From: Candidatus Krumholzibacteriales bacterium
Lineage (GTDB): Bacteria; Krumholzibacteriota; Krumholzibacteriia; Krumholzibacteriales; WJIX01
DNA length: 64,000 bases
NCBI GenBank assembly: GCA_046483305.1
Contig: JAWODM010000014.1
Span: forward strand, 59,367-123,366
Direction: 5' to 3'
Below the pieces are notes generated by a model, which saw only the letters and a list, made by a program, of their open reading frames with translations, ran no database searches and was not told the origin of the DNA. Position numbers and translations under genes: made by a program. Below are positions 19,488 through 28,300 of the stretch, one piece after another (the stretch's first letter is position 1; each line of letters starts with the position of its first letter).

Positions 19488-21126
19488 TCTGATGCTGTTT
19501 GCGCCGTCAGTTCTGAATGCCGGGCGGGCGGCCAGGGTGGAATATGCCGGTATCGACCTTCTTGATACCGGAAAGCTGAAGGCGGATTCCTACCTGAAGG
19601 AAGGCGGGCGGTTTTCCGATTCGCTTCTTTCCATGGAATTGCAGAGGCTCGATTCGCTCTATTTCAATATAGGTTACCCCGGAGCGGTTATTGATGCCGA
19701 TACCGCCGCCAGTGGCGATCAGTACCTGATAACCATATCGGTAAGCGAAGGCGGGCAGGCCAGTTTCGGTAAAGTCGCTGTTGCGGGTGATAACCCTGTT
19801 GAGGAAAAGGGAGGGATTTACAGCCTGAAGCGGGGCGAAGATTTCCTCCCCGGGAGAGTGGAAGAGGCCATGAAATTTACCCTTTTCTCGATGAACAGGG
19901 CCGGATTCCCCTATGCCCAGGTATGGATCACCGGATTCGACTATATCCGGGCCGATAATTCGGTGGATATATCCTTTTCCGTAGTTACCGGCGAGCGGAT
20001 GACGGCCTCGGAGGTGGTATTCGAAGGGATTTCATCCACCGACACCTCCACCGCCATGATAGCTTCGGGTTTCAGGAAGGGCAGGGAGTATGACGAAAAG
20101 ATGCTGATCTCGGTCAGAAACCGCCTGGAGGCGAGCGGCCTTTTCGAAGAGGTTCTCCCCGGAAGGGTAATCCGCAGGAGCAAAGGGGAGGTTGCCCTGG
20201 TGTTTCCGGTCAGGGAACAGGAGAGAAGAAACCTCTTCCGGGGGGCTTTCGGATTCTCCCGGAAGCAGAACGATGAATACGAAGTTAACGGGAATGTGGA
20301 ACTTGAGCTTAATAATATAGCGGGGACGGGCAGGGGGGCTGAATTCACCTGGATAAACGACGGCAGGGATTATTCCAGGACAGAGGTGAGCTATCTGGAA
20401 CCGTTTCTTTTCTCCAGGAACCTGTCCCTGGAAACCTCCCTGAGGCAGATTGTCAGGGATTCCCTCTACAATATGAGCAGCGGGAGCCTGAGGTTCAGGG
20501 CGCCTTTCGGCCCGGCCGGATTCAGGCTGTCGGTTTCCGCCTCCGCTGACAGGATCGTAATCCAGAACGACGTCGATCTGAGCAGGAGTTTCAGGCAGAG
20601 ATACGGCCTGGGCCTTGAGAAGAGTAGCGGTTCATATCTGAGGTTCGAGACCTCGCTGGAGGGAGGGCTCAGGAACAGTTACTACAAATTCCGGGATGAC
20701 GAGTCTGTCTGGCAGCTGCTGTATAACATTGAGGCCACCTCTGAGATGCCGACTTTCCGGGGCCAGAGCGCTTATCTCAGGGTGGTATCCGAGGGGATAT
20801 TCAGCGGTGGAGAAATACACCCGGCGGAGCTGTTTTCGGTGGGGGGAGCGAGATCGATCAGAGGCTACCGGGAGAACCAGTTCAGGGCCGAGCGGGCGTC
20901 CTACCTCAATCTGGAATACCGGCTGGGAAGAACCAGCAGGGTATTCCTGTTCAACGATACGGGGGTTATTTACCGAGAGGATACCGGCTGGGAGTTCAGG
21001 AACGGCGCAGGATTCGGCATAAGGTCGGTATCAGCGGTAGGAATCATCGAGCTGAGCTTCGGAATGGCGGAGCGCTTCTCCCTGGACGCCGCCAGAATAC
21101 ATGTGTCGCTGGTGGAGAGTTTCTAG
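19453..21126 (+). CDS. Omp85-family (BamA/TamA-like) outer-membrane protein with POTRA domains
   Basis: Signal peptide. N-terminal POTRA-like repeats. C-terminal surface-antigen barrel with FSVGGARSIRGYRENQF motif and terminal VESF. Overlaps the upstream gene by 35 nt. Confidence 0.65.
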   Translation: MRSRLKAGLIFSLMLFAPSVLNAGRAARVEYAGIDLLDTGKLKADSYLKEGGRFSDSLLSMELQRLDSLYFNIGYPGAVIDADTAASGDQYLITISVSEGGQASFGKVAVAGDNPVEEKGGIYSLKRGEDFLPGRVEEAMKFTLFSMNRAGFPYAQVWITGFDYIRADNSVDISFSVVTGERMTASEVVFEGISSTDTSTAMIASGFRKGREYDEKMLISVRNRLEASGLFEEVLPGRVIRRSKGEVALVFPVREQERRNLFRGAFGFSRKQNDEYEVNGNVELELNNIAGTGRGAEFTWINDGRDYSRTEVSYLEPFLFSRNLSLETSLRQIVRDSLYNMSSGSLRFRAPFGPAGFRLSVSASADRIVIQNDVDLSRSFRQRYGLGLEKSSGSYLRFETSLEGGLRNSYYKFRDDESVWQLLYNIEATSEMPTFRGQSAYLRVVSEGIFSGGEIHPAELFSVGGARSIRGYRENQFRAERASYLNLEYRLGRTSRVFLFNDTGVIYREDTGWEFRNGAGFGIRSVSAVGIIELSFGMAERFSLDAARIHVSLVESF

Positions 21127-21163
21127 TAACGGTAAATTCCCGGATGACAGTGTTGGCAGGTAA

Positions 21164-21191
21164 ATTAATTACAGGAAATTCGATTTTTCTG
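21164..21191 (+). repeat. 28-nt direct repeat, copy A (attaattacaggaaattcgatttttctg)
   Basis: About 25 of 28 positions match copy B at 30874-30900 in the same orientation. Copy A lies 38 nt after the Omp85 stop. Confidence 0.5.
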
Positions 21192-21770
21192 TCAATGAGG
21201 GAAGTGTGGGCAGGAGGATTTGCAACCCCATTTATGCTGTGCTTCGCCGCTTTTATCCTCATTTCAGGCATGTTCCGACACCTTAAAGCAAAATTGGCTG
21301 TGGTATGGGGGAAGTAAGGCCGAATCAGATAATAACTCATCCAACTCTCCTCGAGAGATGACACGGTTTACAATGATCCGGGCCGCTTCAGCCGAGCGGT
21401 GAGCCGCAGAGCCGGGGAGGAGGGTGATAGCGGAGAGGAGGTGGGTCACTGTATGTATTTCCAGCCGATGCGTGCGCGGGATTCTATCAATCACCACCGG
21501 ATCGGTGATAAAGGAAATAATCCTCATTTTGCCGCCGTATTTGACACGCGGCAGTGGGTCATTCTTCCAGACTTCAGCTGTCAGCTAAGCCCGGCATATC
21601 AATTATGAAAAAAAACCAATTCGTTTCGAGAAAAGAATAAAGTAGCGCGCAATAGTTGGGTTTTCGCTTTTTGAGGGGCCATAATAATTTCCCGCAATCA
21701 TTTTCTGGTGTTTGGTTATATGGTTTCCCTTTAAACAGCAGGGTATATGGAGGCGGCATATCTGTGGATG

Positions 21771-22250
21771 CTACCGCCCCCCGTAGATTTTCTTCAGAAA
21801 GCCCCAGCTCACCTCGGCGCTTACCGTGCCGCTAGCGGGAGACACCTCGGCAACGTCGATGAAATCGCACGGCACGGCCAGTGTTCCCTGGCATACACGG
21901 GTGAAGGTGTGCCCCGCGACAAGGATCTCCTTGTCGATATACTGGCTCAGGTTTATCGAATCCGCCTCAAGGTAAAAGCTCTGTCGCGGCTCTCGCGCTT
22001 CGAGGTAATACTCTCCGCAAAAACAGATGCAGATCTCGGGCTTCGGCTGAAAGCGCAGATATCCTTTGGAGATGCAAATAGTATCATCACCGTTTATTAC
22101 TATTGACCGGTAATCTCCGGCGCCGGCTTCAGGCAATTCTGGTTCCCCGGACCTTACTCCATCGCCCGGTCCCAGAATCGATAACAGCAGCAGAGAGGTT
22201 GCTATCAGGAATACTTTCCGCAGATTGGTTATCGAATTGTAATCGCTCAT
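21771..22250 (-). CDS. hypothetical small secreted Cys-containing protein (159 aa)
   Basis: Signal peptide/hydrophobic N-terminus and a CxC...CxxC-type Cys cluster. Sits 63 nt downstream of the S8 protease gene on the same strand. Confidence 0.45.
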   Translation of the reverse strand: MSDYNSITNLRKVFLIATSLLLLSILGPGDGVRSGEPELPEAGAGDYRSIVINGDDTICISKGYLRFQPKPEICICFCGEYYLEAREPRQSFYLEADSINLSQYIDKEILVAGHTFTRVCQGTLAVPCDFIDVAEVSPASGTVSAEVSWGFLKKIYGGR

Positions 22251-22272
22251 TTCAATCTCACCCCGGTAAAGT

Positions 22273-22304
22273 CCGGGAGCCTCCCAAAGCGCGGAGGCTC
22301 CCGG
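22273..22304 (-). other. GC-rich 12-bp stem / 8-nt loop hairpin in the protease-to-small-gene spacer
   Basis: ccgggagcctcc (22273-22284) is a perfect reverse complement of ggaggctcccgg (22293-22304). No following U-tract on either strand. Confidence 0.4.
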
Positions 22305-22313
22305 TAATTGTTC

Positions 22314-25300
22314 TCACCTCAATAGAACCATCTTCTTCGTTATCTTGACATCTTCGGTCACGAACCTGGCGAAGTAGATGCCTGTCGCGACCGCCGAGCC
22401 GTTGTCATTAGTCCCTTTCCACTGGAACTCGTGAATTCCGGGTTCCTTCATCCCCTTGAAGACCTTTTTGACCAGTCTTCCTTTCACATCGTAGATCTTC
22501 AGGGACACCTGCCGCTGATCTCCGGCCGGCAGTCCGAAACGGATAGTGGTGACAGGGTTGAACGGGTTCGGATAGTTCTGCCACAGCGTGAACTTTTCGG
22601 GTATCACGTTGTCGCTGTCGCCGACCGCTTCTCTGCCGTCGGCATCCATGGTGATGGTACCTGAAGCTGTGGCCATCCAGTCGAGTGCGCGGTCGAGGAT
22701 CTCCGCACGCCGCGTCTCTTCCTGGATGTAAGTGAAGTTGAAGGTGAAGTAGACCGAAACATGATTGGGACCGATGTACCTCACCGCTGCCGCTGAATCC
22801 GGCCCGGAGGGGGTCATCGGCCACAGTTTCGAATCCCACTCTTTACCTTCCTTGCTGTAGAAGGCGGACATTTCCTCCCTCGATTCGAACATGTCAAGAG
22901 ACGATCCTGTTCCGCTCCACTTGTAAATTACCTGGCCTCCCGAATAGGTGGTGGACAGTTTGACCTCGTCGGGATAGGAGCCCTGAATTGTAAAGGTCTC
23001 GCCGGCGCCTATGGGATCTCCAGGCGTGCTCGAGATCTGTCTCCAGCCCGGGTCGTCCTTGACGTACGCGGTTCCGGTGTACTGCTCCATCCAGGATCTG
23101 GCTGTGGATCCATAGGAGAGGTCTCTGCCGAGGAACCAGATCTTCTGACTTTCACCATCGGAGGCGCTCAGGAAAGCTCCCAGGGTGTCCATCTGGGTGG
23201 TGCTGAGATACCAGGACTCGTCCACTATGACTGCGTCATAGGAATGAAGTATGGCGGTCGCAGGAACTCCAAGTTCGTCCCAATCCCAGATATCCGCGGT
23301 CCGTCCAGCGGCGGTGAAGGCCTGCTGGAAGACTTCGGGAGCGGTATGACCGGCGCCTCCAAGCAGCACCAGGATATCGCCAGAAGGCATGATGCCGAAC
23401 TCATAGTAAGAAGCGGGAGCTCCGGCCGGATCGAACGACGTGTTCGCGCCGTCGTCCTCCGCCTCCAGATACAGTCTTATCCTGGTTCCGGAAGCCTGCC
23501 CGGGGATGTCGCCTGAATACTCGTCGGGATTACCGGTCGGCGACATGGCCACCGCATTCCAGGTGCCGCCCTCGTTGATGCTGTAATGCAGCTGCACCGA
23601 AGAAACTTCGCCCAGGGCGTCGATCACTTCCGTGGTAACAGTGTACGGGCCTGTAGTATCGAACGTTGAAGATGGCACCGTGGTCGACACAAAGTTGGGA
23701 CCTTCTGTGTCTTCGGCGCCCATTATGCTGACGTCATCGATATACCATCCGACCTTGTTGACCCACGAATCGCTTCCGAAATGGAACCTGATGATGACCT
23801 CCTGTCCCTTGTAGGGTGTAAGGTCGCAAGTCACCTGGTGCCAGTTATCATTGTTGTATCCGGTGAAGCACGGTTCGTTCGGTATGCCCGCGTTGTAGCT
23901 CTTGGCCGTTCCGTTATAACCGATATCCGGAGTGAGTATCGACCAGGTGCTTCCTCCGTCGGTGGAAATCTTTATGTTCCCTCCGTCGTAGTTGGTCTCG
24001 ATATAGTACCACTGCCAGAAGGTCAGCATAGCGTAGGAGCTGCCCGCTGGAACTATGACCTCGGGCGTCTCCAGCTTGGAGTTCGAGCTGGAAGAATAGG
24101 TGCCGCCGACCTGTGTCGCCCAGAGGTTGACCCCTGAATTAGCTCCGTCGGGTCCGGTGGTGGGTTCGCCCCATTCCCAGTCGCCTGTCGAGCTGAATCG
24201 GCCGTCAGTAGCTTCGAAATCCCAGGTGTAATAGTCCACGATCTCGAAGGAATGGTATCCGGATTCCGGTTCTCTTGCCGTATTGGGAACGGCCGCTGCA
24301 TCCCGAGCTCTTATATAGTAGTTGAACACATCGCCCAGAGCGGCCGGTCCGGGAATATCTCCCGTGTAGAGGTCTCCTCCGGCGTTTGTCATGGTGATGG
24401 TAGTGTTGGCGCCGCCGTTCTTGTTGTATGTGAGGAATACCCCGGCTGGATCGACACCCACATTGTCGGTCACAGTAGCCTCTACCGTGTAGGGGCCTGT
24501 CTCGTCCGGCGTATTGGGCAGTGGATAGTGGACTATCTCCGGAGGAGTTATATCCGCTGTCACCTCGAACGAATGCTGTACATCCGGCGCTCCCGACGGA
24601 TGGAAGCTGGTGTTTCCGTCGGTGTTGGTGGCGCTGATGTAGTAATGTACGGTAGTGCCGTAGGATTGCGGAGGTATATCCGCTGAGTATTCGTCCGGGT
24701 TGGCCGTGGGGTTCATCTGCAGGCTAACCGGTCCCGCACCGGCGTCGTAGATCAGGTTGATCCGGTTGGGGTCCAGATACTCGGAGTACACGTTGGCGGC
24801 TACGGTGTAGGTGCTCAAGGTGTCTTCGGTATCATGAAGCGGTTCGTGCAGGATCTCCGGGGCGGCGAACCACTTGAGTGTCCTGTCGATGATGCCCGCC
24901 CTTCTCCACGGTTCCTGGATGTAGTTGAAGTTGAAGGTGAAGTACACAGAACGATATTTATCGCCGTTGTACTTGATTCCGGCGGCCGCGTCTATGCTTT
25001 GCGGATCGTGCGGCATCACGCCGTCCCATTCCTTTCCGGCCTTCTGGTAGGTCCCGGCAATCTCCTCTCTGTCAAGGTACGTACCTTCTCCGGTGTACTG
25101 GTAGACAAGCACGCCGCCCGGATAGGCCTCGCTGCGTTGAGTCTCGTCAGGATACGAACCGGAGATTACGAAGGTCTCATTGGCTCCGATCGGTTCGCCG
25201 GGCGCTCCGGTGAGTTCGCGGTATCCGGGATTGTCCTGGACGTAGGCCGCCCGCATGTACTGTTCTATCCAGGGCCTGGTCGAGGAGTAGAATCCCAGAT

Positions 25301-28300
25301 CGCGTCCCAGCAGGAACAGCTTCTTCTTGGCTTCGCTGGTTCCGCTCTCCAGGAAGGCCGCCAGATCGTTCTGCTCGGTGGTGGTGAGACTGCCCGTTTC
25401 GTCGAGTACGATCACCTTGTAAAGACCAAGCTGTTCCGGAGTTAGCCATCCCTGATCGTAGTGGTTCCAGTAATCGGCCTGGTGGCCGTTGGCTTGGAGC
25501 GCCTCGCGGAACATCTCGAGAGGCGTTCCGTAGTTTGTCCCGATCATAACCAGCACGTCCGCCGAAGGCAGTATGGCGAATTCGTGCGTATCATCGGGCG
25601 CGCCGGCGGGATCGAAGCTTACGTTCTCCTCCGAGGAGGTATCCACCGCCTTGATATAGAATTTGACCTTGGTCCCGTTCGCCTGGCCGGGTATGTCGCC
25701 GGACCATTCGTCTCCGGAAACCAGAGTCATGGGGATTTCCATGAAAGAGGCTCCATCGTCCACCGAGTAGAAGATGGATACACCCGCCACGTCCGAAAGC
25801 GGATCCATAACGTGAGTTGCCACGGTGTACGGCCCGGTATTGTCGAAGGTGCTGGGAGGCACTTCCGTACCGCTTATGACCGGCGGAAAATTATCCGCCG
25901 ACGAACTTCTGACCATCACGTCGTCGATGTACCAGCCAGGTTTGTAAACGCTTCCGTCGCTTCCGAAGTGGAAGCGGAATATCACCTCTGATCCGGCGTA
26001 TGAGGAGACGTCGAACAGCTCCTTCTGCCAGAACTGGTTGTCATACCCGGTAAAGCAGTCCTCTCCGGGTATACCGGCGTTTCCGCTTCGCGCGGTTCCG
26101 TCATACCCTCCCATGGGGGTGAGTACCGTCCAGGTCTCTCCTCCGTCGGTGGAGACCTTGACGTTACCGCCGTCGTAATTTGTTTCAATGGAGTACCAGT
26201 GCCAGAACGACAGCATGGCGTAAGGCTGGCTGGCATCCAATGTAATCGGGATAACATCCAGAGTGGCGTTGGACGAATTTGGATAATTGTCTTCCAGGCC
26301 GGTAGCCCAGACGTTCTCTCCCGAATTCGCTCCGCCTGGTCCGGTGGTGGGGGGACCCCATTCCCAGACATCGCCGCTCTGGACGAATCCGCCGTCGTCG
26401 GGCTCGAAATCCCACAGGAAGTACTCCACTATCTCGAAGCTGTAGGTCCCGTTTTCGGGAACTCGTGCGACGTTGCCGTGATACGATTCATCCATAGCCA
26501 GGATGTAGTAATCATAAATGTCCCCGACCTCGGAAGGCCCTGGGATCGCTCCCTGGTATGATCCGTCTCCCATCAGAGTCATCGACTGCCTGTGGAACAT
26601 GCCTCCGTTCTTCGAGTACATCAGAAAGACCGATTCGACTCCCAGGTTGTCCTCGATAAGGGCTTCCACATAGTAAGGCCCTTTAAGGTTATTGGTGTCG
26701 TAATGCCTCTGGTGAGTAACGGCTGGAGCTTCTTCGTCCCAACCTACGGTGAAGGTATGGACGTTCACTGGAGCTCCGATCGGATCGGTTGTGGTATGCC
26801 CTTCAACGTCCGAAGCGGTCAGGTAATAGGCCACTTCCGTGCCCAGGGGCTGGGCCGGAATGCTGGCCGAATATTCATCTGGAACTCCGGTTGGTTCCAG
26901 TGGCACCGTAACCGGTCCCGCCCCGGCGTCGTAGATCAGGGCGAAGGTTGAGGGATCCAGATCAAAGTAGCTGGATGTTATGTACGCCGTGACCGGATAC
27001 GGGTCGGTGGTGTTCTCGGTGCTGCTGAGCGGAGTATGGGCGATATCCGGGTATCCCAGAAGCCAGTCCAGTATCCTTCCCATCATTCCGTGACGGTCGG
27101 CCTCATTGTCTATCGCTTCGAATCCGAAGGCGAAATAGACCAGCTTGTAGGTCCCGTTATCCACAGACAGGGCCGCCGTTCCGGAGCTACTGATGGAACC
27201 GGCTCCGACATCGCCTTTGGACATGTCGTGAGCGGAGACCGCTCCACTGGGAACCGCCTCATCATAGAAGAGAGCCGATATCGCCGGATAGACGGGATCT
27301 ATCTCGGAAGGATAGCCCTGGTTATTGGCTCCGTCGCCTCCCTCTATGCCGAAGGAGAATCCGGCGCCGACCGGGCTGCCTTCTGATCCGGCTACCCCGC
27401 CAAGCCCTACGTCGTCCTGCACGTATTCGGCGTGGAGGTAATTAGAGTAAAAGTCCTCATCCTTGATATCGTATCCGATATCCTGGCCTGATATGAAGAG
27501 CCGTCCTCCCCCATCCAGATACGCCGCGATATTGGACTGATCATCGGCTGAAAGCGTAGTGGTGTAATCGTTTCCTGTCAGCCAGACCACCGATTCGAAC
27601 ATCGACATCTCGGCGGCGCCGGGCGGAGTCGATACTGTCAGGTAAGACCTTCCAGCCGCCGTGATGGCGTCCTCGTACCAGGTCTGGAACGAACCGCCTC
27701 CGTCGTCATCGACCAGGAGGACCTGGGCCGCTCCAAGCTGGATGTCCTGAGTGGTGATCATGCCTTCCAGGACTTCCACTCCGGTAACTGTAGTGGCCGG
27801 ATAGGGGAAAACGGGCGAATAGACCAGGTCGTAGGTGCCCACCGGCAGCGTTATGCTGTATTCGCCTGTTACCGGGTCGGTGCTGCTCCAAACTACCGCT
27901 TCTCCCGCCAGCCTGACGGAAATATCCGCTTCTATTCCTCCTCCTGAATTCTCGTCGGTTACGTACCCGGCGATAGTGCCGGAAGGAAGCTGATTCAGCG
28001 TAACATCAAAGGTCGTCGTCTCGTCGGCCGTTATTGTGACAATATCCGTCCCCGTCTCGTATCCGAACCTTGAGATCTCTATCGGATGGCTTCCGGCGAC
28101 TGCCTGCATACTGAATGTTCCGTCCGGACCGGAGTATACTTTCTGTCCGGTGTCGGTCAGTATTATCATCGCGTTCTCGACGGTTCCTCCCACCGAACTG
28201 TATATGGTCCCCTCCAGGGTTCCCACGCCGGAGAGCGCCGCGGTCACAGCGGCGTAGGCATTGACCCGCCCCCAGCCGTAGGTGTTATCCATTCCTGGAT

